Below, one piece after another: positions 40,139 through 49,174 of a stretch of DNA of 64,000 nt. Position numbers and translations under genes: made by a program. Under the pieces are notes generated by a model. It saw only the letters and a program-made list of their open reading frames with translations. It was not told the DNA's origin and ran no database searches. The stretch is from positions 13,429 to 77,428 of the forward strand of contig JAQBXT010000005.1 of NCBI GenBank assembly GCA_027624175.1. The letters are read 5' to 3'. How positions within the stretch are numbered: position 1 is the stretch's first letter; every line of letters starts with the position of its first letter. This DNA is from Pseudomonadota bacterium (GTDB lineage: Bacteria > Pseudomonadota > Gammaproteobacteria > Burkholderiales > SG8-39).

Positions 40139-40476
40139 TTGGTTTGCAGCCGCGGCAGGTCGGCGGGCGCCTCGATCTCCATGCGCAGCAGCTGCGCGGC
40201 GACCACCTTGCCGAGGTTGTCCATGCGTAGCGAGCGCGCCGCGCCGCCCTGCAGGGCGCGGTTCAGCATGATCTTCAGCGCCAGGATGTTGTCCAGCGGC
40301 CACAGCTCCACCGGCCCCTCGCACTGGTCGCGAAAGTGAGCGGCGACGCGCTCGGGGGTCACCTCGCGCTTGAGCACCGCGTAGGTCGGCGCATCCCAGG
40401 CAAAGAGGCCGATGTCCGCGCGGTCGGCTTTGTCGCCGGAGCGCGCGTGCGCGATTTTCCACAGCGGCACGCGCAT
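40135..40476 (-). CDS. Small DUF4387-like protein that accompanies AtuA/DUF1446 proteins
   Basis: The ATG at 40476 overlaps the AtuA-like stop (TGATG). MRVPLWKIAHARSGDKADRADIGLFAWD...; 113 aa. Confidence 0.75.
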   Translation of the reverse strand: MRVPLWKIAHARSGDKADRADIGLFAWDAPTYAVLKREVTPERVAAHFRDQCEGPVELWPLDNILALKIMLNRALQGGAARSLRMDNLGKVVAAQLLRMEIEAPADLPRLQTK

Positions 40477-41846
40477 CAGATTTTCTCCACGGCGATTTCC
40501 ACTTTCGACTCCATCAGCTCCCGCGCCACCAGCGTCGGCCAGATGCCGAGCAATTCCTTCGCGCCCTGCACGCCTTTCATGCTGCCCACATAGGGCGGGC
40601 CGGAGAGGCCCAGCCACGGAAACAACCGTCCGTAGGCGTCCGCCACCTTGCGTTCCCGCGTACGGATGGTCATGCGCAGGAAACATTCATTCAGCTGGTC
40701 GCGATAAGTCGGATCGGCATTCGCGCCAAGCAGCGAGTTGTAGCCGATGTATTCGACGTTCGTGTCCTCGACTGGCCAGCCGCGTTCGGCGACCAGGATT
40801 CTGATCGTTTCCGCCGCCTTTTTGCATTTCGCGTAGGCCTGCGGCCAGGAAAAGCCGATCATGCCGGTGCCCATCCAGCCGTCGTGGTAGCCGCCCACGA
40901 TCTTGAGTTTGTCCGGGCGCGGCGCGCCGCGCGCACCTGTGAGTTTCACGCGGTCGCCGCCCTGGTCGTCGATTTTGATCGCGCCCATGTCCAGCACCAC
41001 GTCGGGCGAGACGTAGGCATGCGGGTTGTGCACTTCGTAGAGCAGCTGCTGGCGCAGCGTGTCGAAGGAGACGCGGCCCCCGGTGCCCGGCGCCTTGGTG
41101 AACAGTGCGCTCGCGTCCGCGCCCACCTCGGCGATCGGATAGCCCAGGTGCGCGTAATCGGGAATCCCGGCCCATTCCGCCGCCGAGCCGAAGTTGCCGC
41201 CCGAGCCCTGGCCGGAACATTCCAGCAGGTGGCCGACGGTAAGGCCGAGCGCAAGCTTGTCCCAGTCGTCCCATTTCCAGCCCAGTTCATGCACCAGCGG
41301 CGCGAGCGACAGCGCCGCGTCCGCCACGCGCCCGGTGAGCACGATGTCCGCGCCCTGCTCGAGCGCGCGCACGATCGGTTTCGCCCCCAGGTAGGCGTTG
41401 GCGAACAGCATGCGGCTGCGCACCGTGTCGAGGGCGGCGCCGGTGTCCATGTGCGCGAGCGGCTCGCCCGCGGCGCGCAGTTCGTCCAGGCGCTCCAGCG
41501 CCGAGTCGCCGCTCACCGTGGCGATGGTGGCCTTCCAGCCTTTTTCGCGGAACGTGCGTGCGATCGCCTCGCGCGCGCCCTGCGGGTTGAGGCCGCCAGC
41601 GTTGAGGATGAACTTCACGCCGTGCTTCACGGCGAGCGGCCACAGCTCGGCAAGCATCGGCGGGCCGTCGCGCGCGTAACCCGCGGACGGATCCTTCTGC
41701 CGGTCCTTCTGCAGGATCGCGAGCGTCAGCTCGGAAAGGTGGTCGGAGGCGATGTACTGCACGCTGCCGCGCTCGATCGAGGCGCGCACCGGCTGCCAGG
41801 AGTCGCCGTAAAAGCCGAGACCGGCGCCGATCCTGACCGACTTCAT
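40476..41846 (-). CDS. AtuA-like acyclic terpene utilisation family protein (DUF1446)
   Basis: 456 aa; MKSVRIGAGLGFYGDSWQPVRASIERGSVQYIASDHLSELTLAIL... Confidence 0.8.
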   Translation of the reverse strand: MKSVRIGAGLGFYGDSWQPVRASIERGSVQYIASDHLSELTLAILQKDRQKDPSAGYARDGPPMLAELWPLAVKHGVKFILNAGGLNPQGAREAIARTFREKGWKATIATVSGDSALERLDELRAAGEPLAHMDTGAALDTVRSRMLFANAYLGAKPIVRALEQGADIVLTGRVADAALSLAPLVHELGWKWDDWDKLALGLTVGHLLECSGQGSGGNFGSAAEWAGIPDYAHLGYPIAEVGADASALFTKAPGTGGRVSFDTLRQQLLYEVHNPHAYVSPDVVLDMGAIKIDDQGGDRVKLTGARGAPRPDKLKIVGGYHDGWMGTGMIGFSWPQAYAKCKKAAETIRILVAERGWPVEDTNVEYIGYNSLLGANADPTYRDQLNECFLRMTIRTRERKVADAYGRLFPWLGLSGPPYVGSMKGVQGAKELLGIWPTLVARELMESKVEIAVEKI

Positions 41847-42259
41847 TTCGCCGTGGGCATGGCGCGCTCGATGAGCGCGTCGAACGGGACATTGGGCGCC
41901 AGGGTGCCGAAGGCGCCCGTCCAGTCCGCGCCCAGGCGCGCGCGGACGAAGGCCTCGAACACCAGGGCAGGGGAGTGGCGTGCGAGCAGGCTCGCCTGCA
42001 GCGCGAGCGCCAGGTCCTGCGTCAGGCGCCGCGCGGAGGATTCATGCTCGGAGGCGTCCTGCAGCCGGTCCTTGAGCGAGGCGCAGAACGCATCGTAGGC
42101 GCGGTGCCTGCCGGCGGCCGCGTCCAGCTCGGCGGCCACGGCCTCGATCACGTCGGGGGCTTTTCTCAGCGCGCGCAGTACGTCCAGGCACATGACGTTG
42201 CCGGCGCCTTCCCAGATGGAATACGGGGAGTATTTGTGGTGTGTGTCAGAAACCTCGTG
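41843..42259 (-). pseudogene. 3'-terminal remnant of an AidB-like acyl-CoA dehydrogenase gene (about the last 125 codons of a gene normally about 540 codons)
   Basis: The frame reads ...YSIWEGAGNVMCLDVLRALRKAP...ARRLTQDLALALQASLLARH..., matching the AidB C-terminus (E. coli SIWEGSGNIMCLDVLR). An in-frame TAG lies at 42262-42260, and no AidB-like sequence occurs in any frame upstream. The stop overlaps the AtuA-like ATG (ATGA). Confidence 0.6.
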
Positions 42260-42569
42260 CTACGTGCGAAATGTCCTGCCGAAACAAGGATGACCTTGCT
42301 GGCGCCGCCCCCGATCTGGCCGGCGCCCTTTCGCCCGAATCTGTGGTCGCCACTGTCCTTGTGAGCGGACCTGCCGTGACGATCTCTGACATTTGCCATG
42401 TGCCCCCCCGGCCCGGCCGGATTTCCGGCGGCGCGACGAGATTATGCGGCCTTGGTCGCGCACCCGGCAAACAGGACTTTGCGTCAAAAAGCGTAAAATC
42501 GCCAGCGGCTGCGGTCCGGTTGACTCCTCGACCCGGGATGCGCCGCCGGACAAGACTCGAAGCGCCGGA

Positions 42570-45140
42570 ATGACAAACGTTTCCGACATCGCCAAGCTGG
42601 TCGCGGGAGAGTCCCTGGACGCCGATCCGGCGGAGACCCGGGAGTGGCTCGACGCGCTCGATGCGCTGCTCGCCAGCTCCGGCAAGGAGCGCGCGCGCTA
42701 TGTGATGGGGCGGCTCGGCGAGCACGCCGGCGCGCTCGAGGTGCAGATGCGGGCGCGCTTCAACACGCCTTACTGCAACACCATCTCGCCGCAGGAGCAG
42801 CCCCCGTTCCCGGGGGATTTCACCATCGAGCAGCGGCTCGCCTCGATCATCCGCTGGAACGCGCTCGCCATGGTGGTGCGCGCCAACCGCGCGCACGCCG
42901 AGCTTGGCGGCCACATTGCGAGTTTTGCCTCGGCGGCGGACCTGTTCGAGGTCGGCTTCAACCATTTCTTCCGCGGCCATCAGGCCGACCCGGGCGCCGA
43001 CCTGGTGTATTTCCAGCCGCACTCGGCCCCGGGGGTCTACGCACGCGCCTTCCTGGAGGGGCGGCTCACCGACGCCCAGCTCGACAGCTACCGGCGCGAG
43101 ACCGGCGGCCAGGGCCTGTCTTCCTACCCGCATCCCTGGCTGATGCCGGAGTTCTGGCAGTTCCCCACCGGTTCCATGGGACTGGGGCCGCTGAACGCCA
43201 TCTACCAGGCGCGCTTCATGCGCTATCTGGAGCAGCGCGGCGTGCTGAAAACCGAAGGCCGCAAGGTGTGGGCCTTCCCGGGGGACGGCGAAATGGACGA
43301 GCCCGAGTCGCTGGCGGGCCTGTCGATCGCTGCGCGGGAAGGCCTCGATAACCTGATTTTCGTCGTCAACTGCAACCTGCAGCGCCTGGACGGGCCGGTG
43401 CGCGGCAACAGCTCGATCATCCAGGAGCTGGAGGGCCTGTTCGCCGGCGCGGGCTGGAACGTGGTGAAGCTGATCTGGGGCAGCGACTGGGATCCGCTGT
43501 TCGCGCGCGACCGCGAGGGCGTGATCCTGCGGCGCCTGCACGAGACCGTGGACGGGGAGTTCCAGACCTACGCCGCCACCGACGGGCGCTTCAACCGCGA
43601 GCATTTCTTCAACAAGTACCCGGAGCTGAAGGCGCTGGTGGCCGAGCTTACCGACGACGACATCGACCGCCTGAAGCGCGGCGGCCACGATCCGGTGAAA
43701 ATTTATTCGGCGTATCACGCCGCGGTGAACCACAAGGGCCAGCCCACGGTGATCCTCGCCCAGACCAAGAAAGGCTACGGCATGGGCACCTGGGGCCAGG
43801 GCAAGATGGGCACCCACCAGCAGAAGAAACTCGACGACGAAGCGCTGAAGGCGTTCCGCGACCGCTTCGCGCTGCCGCTCTCGGACGAGGATGTGACCGG
43901 CCTCAAGTTCTATCGCCCCGCGGCGGATGCGCCTGAGATGCGCTACCTGCACGCGAAGCGCGAGCGGTTGGGTGGCTACCTGCCGGAGCGCAGGACGGAA
44001 TCGCTGCGGCTAGCGTTGCCCGGGCGCGCGGCATTTGCCAAGGTGCTGGAGGGTTCCGGCGGGCGCGAGCAGTCCACCACCATGCAGTACGTGCAGCTGC
44101 TGGCGCAACTGCTCAAGGACCCCGGCCTGGGCAAGCACGTCGTGCCGATCGTCGCGGACGAGGCGCGCACCTTCGGCATGCAGTCGCTGTTCCGCAACTT
44201 CGCCATCTACTCGCCGCACGGCCAGCTCTACGAGCCCGAGGACCGCGAGGAGCTGCTCTATTACAAGGAAGCGAAGGACGGCCAGATCCTGGAGGAGGGC
44301 ATCACCGAGGCGGGCGCGCTCGCCTCATGGATCGCGGCGGCGACCAGCTACAGCACGCACGGCGTGCCGATGCTGCCGTTCTACATCTTCTATTCGATGT
44401 TCGGCTTCCAGCGCGTGGGCGACCTGATCTGGGCCGCCGCGGATTCGCGCTCGCGCGGCTTCCTGATGGGCGCCACCGCCGGGCGCACCACGCTCGCGGG
44501 CGAGGGTCTGCAGCACCAGGACGGCTCGAGCCACCTTTCCGCATCGACCATTCCGAACTGCGTCGCCTACGACCCCTGCTACGGCTACGAACTCGCGTTG
44601 ATCCTGCAGGACGGCGTGCGGCGCATGCTGGAGGCGGAAGAGGATGTTTTCTATTACGTCACCGTGATGAACGAGAACTACGCACACCCGGCGCTGCCGG
44701 CGGGCGCGGAGGAGGGCGTGCTCAAGGGCATGCACCGCGTGCGCGCGGCGGGGAAGGGCAAGAAGCACGTGCGGTTGCTGGGCGCCGGCGCGATTCTGCG
44801 CGAGGCACTTGCGGCCGCGGAAGTGCTGGAGGAACAGCATGGCGTTGCTGCGGAAGTCTGGTCGGTGACCAGCTTCACGGAGTTGCGCCGCGACGGGCGC
44901 ACGGCGAAGAAGAGCTGGGTGGCGCAGTGCCTCGAGGACGGCAAAGGCCCGGTGATCGCCGCGAGCGACTACGTGAGCGCGCTCGCCGACCTGATCCGCG
45001 AATGGGTGCCGGGGCGCTACGTGACGCTGGGCGCCGACGGCTTCGGCCGCAGCGACACGCGCGCGAAGCTGCGCGCGCACTTCGGCGTGGACCGGGACAG
45101 CATCGTGCAGGCGGCGCTCGGCGAGCTCGGACGGGCGTAA
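42570..45140 (+). CDS. aceE: Pyruvate dehydrogenase E1 component, homodimeric type (856 aa)
   Basis: The ATG at 42570 gives MTNVSDIAK...DPAETREWLDALDALL, collinear with E. coli AceE (GGHIASFASAADL, GDGEMDEPES, NCNLQRLDGPVRGN, YSMFGFQRVGD, GEGLQHQDG, GADGFGRSDTR). No E2/E3 genes follow. Confidence 0.92.
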   Translation: MTNVSDIAKLVAGESLDADPAETREWLDALDALLASSGKERARYVMGRLGEHAGALEVQMRARFNTPYCNTISPQEQPPFPGDFTIEQRLASIIRWNALAMVVRANRAHAELGGHIASFASAADLFEVGFNHFFRGHQADPGADLVYFQPHSAPGVYARAFLEGRLTDAQLDSYRRETGGQGLSSYPHPWLMPEFWQFPTGSMGLGPLNAIYQARFMRYLEQRGVLKTEGRKVWAFPGDGEMDEPESLAGLSIAAREGLDNLIFVVNCNLQRLDGPVRGNSSIIQELEGLFAGAGWNVVKLIWGSDWDPLFARDREGVILRRLHETVDGEFQTYAATDGRFNREHFFNKYPELKALVAELTDDDIDRLKRGGHDPVKIYSAYHAAVNHKGQPTVILAQTKKGYGMGTWGQGKMGTHQQKKLDDEALKAFRDRFALPLSDEDVTGLKFYRPAADAPEMRYLHAKRERLGGYLPERRTESLRLALPGRAAFAKVLEGSGGREQSTTMQYVQLLAQLLKDPGLGKHVVPIVADEARTFGMQSLFRNFAIYSPHGQLYEPEDREELLYYKEAKDGQILEEGITEAGALASWIAAATSYSTHGVPMLPFYIFYSMFGFQRVGDLIWAAADSRSRGFLMGATAGRTTLAGEGLQHQDGSSHLSASTIPNCVAYDPCYGYELALILQDGVRRMLEAEEDVFYYVTVMNENYAHPALPAGAEEGVLKGMHRVRAAGKGKKHVRLLGAGAILREALAAAEVLEEQHGVAAEVWSVTSFTELRRDGRTAKKSWVAQCLEDGKGPVIAASDYVSALADLIREWVPGRYVTLGADGFGRSDTRAKLRAHFGVDRDSIVQAALGELGRA

Positions 45141-45199
45141 CGATTGCGGCGGTTTCTGGCAAGGCCTTGGTACCGTGCACCTGCAGCACTTAGGAGCAA

Positions 45200-45610
45200 A
45201 TGACAAAAATGAGCGCAAAGGTCCCGGCGGCTTCCGGTCGCGTGCCCAGCCCGGAAGCGGGCACGAGCGCGCAAGTCACACCCATCGCCGGCGCGCCGAT
45301 CACCTCCAGGCTCGCGGACCAGCCGCTCCTGCAGCCGATCGTGCGCAAATTTGTTGGCCGGCTTCGCGAGCGGTTGCATGACGTGGCCCGGGCGGAAGCG
45401 AGCGGCGATTTGGTTGAAATTGCCGGGTTCGCTCACTGGCTGAAGGGTTTGGCGGGCTCGATGGGATACGACTATTTCACCGGACCGGCCCTCGAGCTGG
45501 AGAAAGCGGCGAAAGCCGGAGACCGCGCGCGCACTGAGCAGCTGATCGGCGAGATTCGGCTTGCGGCAGAACGGATTGTGGTGCCGGGCGAAAAATCGCC
45601 CGCCGCGTGA
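45200..45610 (+). CDS. Hpt (histidine phosphotransfer) domain protein
   Basis: 136 aa; FAHWLKGLAGSMGY contains the HxxKG phospho-His motif in a helical context. Confidence 0.7.
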   Translation: MTKMSAKVPAASGRVPSPEAGTSAQVTPIAGAPITSRLADQPLLQPIVRKFVGRLRERLHDVARAEASGDLVEIAGFAHWLKGLAGSMGYDYFTGPALELEKAAKAGDRARTEQLIGEIRLAAERIVVPGEKSPAA

Positions 45611-45628
45611 GCGCTTAAGGATCTTCCG

Positions 45629-47416
45629 ATGGCCACGGAACGACGCATGGATCAGGGCGGGGACCGGCGCGAGAACATCGACATCACCTGGAGCAGCGTA
45701 GGCGAGGCGCTGATCATGATGGTGGACGACGAGCCGCTGGTCATCGAGATGACGCAGGCGTTACTCCAGCGCGCCGGCTACCGGCGATTCGTGTCCACGT
45801 CGGACTCCACCGAAGCGCTACCCATGCTGCTGCGCGAGCGCCCGAGCGTGCTGCTGCTCGACATCAACATGCCGAAGGTCAGCGGATTCGAGGTGCTGGC
45901 CAGCATCCGGGCGAACAAGGCCGTGCGCAGAATTCCGGTGATCGTGATGACCGTGGCCGACGACGCCGAAACGAAGCTCAAGGCGCTCGAGCTTGGGGCG
46001 ATGGATTTCCTGCGCAAGCCGGTGGACCCGAGCGAGCTTGCGCTGCGCCTGAGGAACTCGCTGGCCGCAAAGGCGCACGAGGATTACCTCTCGCATTACG
46101 ACGCGACGACCGGGTTGCCGGGCCGCCTGCGCTTCATTGAACAGCTGGAAAGTGCAATGGAGGAATCGCGGCAAGCAGGCTCGAGCGGCGCCTTGCTGCT
46201 GTTCAACCTGGACCGGTTCAAGCAGGTGAACGAGGCGCTCGGGCCGGCGGCGGGCGACCTGGTGCTGCAGGTATCGGGGGCGCGCCTCGCAACGGAGCTC
46301 AAGGACATGGACCGGGAGCAGGTTTTCGGCGAGGAAGCGCGTGCAGGCTATGTCGCTCGCTTCGGCGGCGACGAGTTCTCGGTGATGTGCGCTCCGAGTG
46401 CGAGCGTGGGCCATGTAGCGCGCGCAGCGCAGCGCCTGCTTAAGGCGCTTGAGACGCCTCACAAAGCCGACGGGCGCGACCTGGTCGTCACCGCCAGCCT
46501 TGGCGTCACGCTATTCCCGGCCGACGGCACGAATGCAGATTCCGTCGTCAGGAATGCGGGCGTCGCGCTCACGCAGGCCAAGCAGGCAGGCGGAAATGCC
46601 TACCGCTTTTACTCCAAGGAGTTCAGCGCCACCGCGCTGCAGCGGCTGGGCCTCGAGGGCCAGCTGCGCCACGCGGTGGAGCAGGGAGAGTTGCGGCTTT
46701 TTTACCAGCCGAAGTTCCATGTGGCGACACGGCGGCTGAGCGGCGCCGAAGTGCTGCTGCGCTGGCAGCATCCGCAGCGCGGCCTGGTACCGCCCATGGA
46801 GTTCATTCCCATTGCGGAGGAGTCCGGGCTGATCGTACCCATCGGCGCGTGGGTGCTGCTCGAGGCCTGCCAACAAAATGCCAGGTGGGCAGCGCAGGGA
46901 CTGCCGTGCCTGCCGATCGCGGTCAACGTGTCGCCGCGCCAGTTCCGGCAGGCCGGCCTCGTCCAGGCGGTCACGTTCGCCATCGCCGAGACCGGGCAGG
47001 GCGGGAACCTGCGGCTCGAGCTGACCGAGAGCTCGATCATGGACGACCCGGAGTCGGCGATCCGCGTTCTAAAGGTGCTCAAGGCGCTCGGCATCAAGCT
47101 GTCGATCGACGATTTCGGCACCGGCTACTCCTCGATGAGCTACCTGAACAGGCTGCCGCTAGACGAATTGAAGATCGATCGCTCTTTCCTCGCGGCGATC
47201 AAGAAAGCCGATGACCGGGTTGTCCTGGTCGACGCGATCATCGCCCTGGCGCACAGCCTTGACCTGGTCGTCGTGGCCGAAGGCGTGGAAACCGGCGGAC
47301 AACTCGAGTATCTGGCGCGGCACAAATGCGAGGAAGCGCAAGGCTTCCTGTTCAGCAAGCCCGTGCCCGCCGAGGAGTTCGCCGCAAAGTTCCTGAAGCC
47401 GGCGGCGGCCGCTTAG
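45629..47416 (+). CDS. Response regulator with REC-GGDEF-EAL domains
   Basis: REC: MVDDEPLV...LLLDINMP...MTVADD...DFLRKP. GGDEF: RFGGDEFSVM. EAL: QPKF, EVLLRW, NVSPRQ, ELTES, DDFGTGYSS, KIDRSF, AEGVET and QGFLFSKP. Confidence 0.9.
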   Translation: MATERRMDQGGDRRENIDITWSSVGEALIMMVDDEPLVIEMTQALLQRAGYRRFVSTSDSTEALPMLLRERPSVLLLDINMPKVSGFEVLASIRANKAVRRIPVIVMTVADDAETKLKALELGAMDFLRKPVDPSELALRLRNSLAAKAHEDYLSHYDATTGLPGRLRFIEQLESAMEESRQAGSSGALLLFNLDRFKQVNEALGPAAGDLVLQVSGARLATELKDMDREQVFGEEARAGYVARFGGDEFSVMCAPSASVGHVARAAQRLLKALETPHKADGRDLVVTASLGVTLFPADGTNADSVVRNAGVALTQAKQAGGNAYRFYSKEFSATALQRLGLEGQLRHAVEQGELRLFYQPKFHVATRRLSGAEVLLRWQHPQRGLVPPMEFIPIAEESGLIVPIGAWVLLEACQQNARWAAQGLPCLPIAVNVSPRQFRQAGLVQAVTFAIAETGQGGNLRLELTESSIMDDPESAIRVLKVLKALGIKLSIDDFGTGYSSMSYLNRLPLDELKIDRSFLAAIKKADDRVVLVDAIIALAHSLDLVVVAEGVETGGQLEYLARHKCEEAQGFLFSKPVPAEEFAAKFLKPAAAA

Positions 47417-47417
47417 C

Positions 47418-49166
47418 TCAGGCCGGTTCGAACTCCATCAACAGTTTTCCGGGCGCCACCTGCGCGCCTTTGGCGACATACACGCCTGTCACGCGCAGTG
47501 CGGCGGGCGCAGCAAGCGTGTGCTCCATTTTCATCGCCTCGAGCACCACCAGCGCGCCGCCGGCTGCAATCCTGTCGCCCGCCTTGGCATGCACCTCGAC
47601 CACGCGCGCGTTCATCGGCGCGGTGAGCCTGCCGTCGGCGAGGCCCGCGGCGGCGCGGTTGGGCGGATCCATGGTGGCGTCGCGCCAGCTATAGGAGTGG
47701 CCATCGAGCTCGAAATGCAGCATCGAGCCATCCAGAACACTAGTCGCGGACGGCGGCGTTGTGCCGCTCATGTTGCTCCAGCCGGACCATTCGCCGTAGC
47801 CCGCGGCCGCGGCGCAGGCCGCAGCATATAGTCCGCGCGCGAGTGATTCATCCGCCTGCGGCGCCTTCCATGCGGCGAAGCGTGCTGTGAGAAACGAGGT
47901 GCTGGCGCCTGGTCCGGCGAAAGTCGTGTCTCGAAGCACCGCAGCGAGGAAGGACTTGTTGGTCCTCACCCCAAGCGCCAGCGTGCCATCCAGCGCGGCG
48001 GCGAGCTTCTCGCGCGCTTCGTCGCGCGTGCGGCCGTGGGCGACGAGCTTGGCGAGAAGCGAGTCGTAGTAAGGCGGGACCTCCATGCCGCTCTCGAGCG
48101 CATGGTCCACGCGTACGCCGTTCGCCGGCTGCCACAGCGCGAGGCGTCCAGATTGCGGCAGAAAATCCTTGCACGGATCCTCGGCGCACAGGCGCGCCTC
48201 GATGGCGTGGCCGTCGAAGCGGATATCCTCCTGCTTCAGGGGCAGCGGCTCGCCCGCGGCGACGCGCAGCTGCCATTCAACCAGGTCGAGCCCGGTGATC
48301 GCTTCCGTGACGGGGTGCTCGACCTGCAGGCGCGCATTCACCTCGATAAACCAGAAGCCGCCCTGTTCATCGAGCAGGAACTCCACGGTGCCCGCGCCGA
48401 CATAGCCCGCGGCGCGCGCCACGGCGATGGCGGCGGCGCCGAGCTTCGCACGCAGCATCGCGTCCACGGCGGGCGAGGGCGATTCCTCGATCAGCTTCTG
48501 GTGGCGGCGCTGCACCGAGCAGTCGCGCTCGCCGAGATGGATGCAGTGTCCCCGGGTATCGGCGAACACCTGCACCTCCACGTGGCGCGGGGAAAGAAGC
48601 GCTTTCTCCAGCAGCACGCGCCCGTCGCCAAAGGCATGTGCGGCTTCGGACTTGGCCGAAGCAAGCGCGGCGTCGAGCTCCTGCGCCGAGCGCACGAGGC
48701 GCATGCCGCGACCGCCGCCGCCGGCGATCGCCTTGATGACGAGCGGAAACTCGGGCTTGCCTTCGTAGGTGGGCAGGACTGGCACGCCGGCCTTTGCGGC
48801 GAGCTTTTTCGCGTTCGCCTTGTCGCCCAGCGCGCGCATCGCTGCGGGCGGCGGGCCGACCCAGATGCGGCCCGCCTTCAGAACACGCTCGGCGAACTCC
48901 GCGTTCTCCGCAAGGAATCCGTAGCCGGGATGCACGGCATCCGCCTCGGCTTTCAGGATTGCGTCGATATTGAGGTAAGACTCGCGCGGCGCGGCACCAC
49001 CGATGTGCACGGCGTGGTCTGCCGCGCGCACATGCGGCGCGTCGCGGTCGGCGTCCGAGTACACCGCGGTTGTGCGCAAGCCCATGCGCTTTGCCGTGCG
49101 CGCCACGCGCAGTGCGATCTCGCCGCGGTTGGCAATCAGCAACGAGTTGAACGTAAGGTGGGCCAA
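47418..49166 (-). CDS. Acyl-CoA carboxylase alpha subunit (biotin carboxylase + BCCP), AtuF/LiuD-like
   Basis: LLIANRGEIALRVART, HPGYGFLAEN, KAIAGGGGRGM, FIEVNARLQVEHPVTE, and the biotinyl site LEAMKMEH. No in-frame ATG is available; the best start is TTG at 49166 (MAHLTFNSLLIANRG). The rest of track ORF ..50417 is an out-of-frame overlap with the next gene. Confidence 0.85.
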   Translation of the reverse strand: MAHLTFNSLLIANRGEIALRVARTAKRMGLRTTAVYSDADRDAPHVRAADHAVHIGGAAPRESYLNIDAILKAEADAVHPGYGFLAENAEFAERVLKAGRIWVGPPPAAMRALGDKANAKKLAAKAGVPVLPTYEGKPEFPLVIKAIAGGGGRGMRLVRSAQELDAALASAKSEAAHAFGDGRVLLEKALLSPRHVEVQVFADTRGHCIHLGERDCSVQRRHQKLIEESPSPAVDAMLRAKLGAAAIAVARAAGYVGAGTVEFLLDEQGGFWFIEVNARLQVEHPVTEAITGLDLVEWQLRVAAGEPLPLKQEDIRFDGHAIEARLCAEDPCKDFLPQSGRLALWQPANGVRVDHALESGMEVPPYYDSLLAKLVAHGRTRDEAREKLAAALDGTLALGVRTNKSFLAAVLRDTTFAGPGASTSFLTARFAAWKAPQADESLARGLYAAACAAAAGYGEWSGWSNMSGTTPPSATSVLDGSMLHFELDGHSYSWRDATMDPPNRAAAGLADGRLTAPMNARVVEVHAKAGDRIAAGGALVVLEAMKMEHTLAAPAALRVTGVYVAKGAQVAPGKLLMEFEPA

Positions 49167-49174
49167 GGCCCACC

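Noticed and set aside
42260-42569. Possible riboswitch or sRNA, or small ORFs (e.g. the 48-codon MSEIVTAGPL... on the minus strand), in the aidB-remnant/aceE spacer.
   Set aside because: I recognised no riboswitch core sequences. The ORFs have no SD, no family resemblance and non-host-like composition. The TAAAAT at 42494 lacks a convincing -35. The region is left as an unexplained junction.
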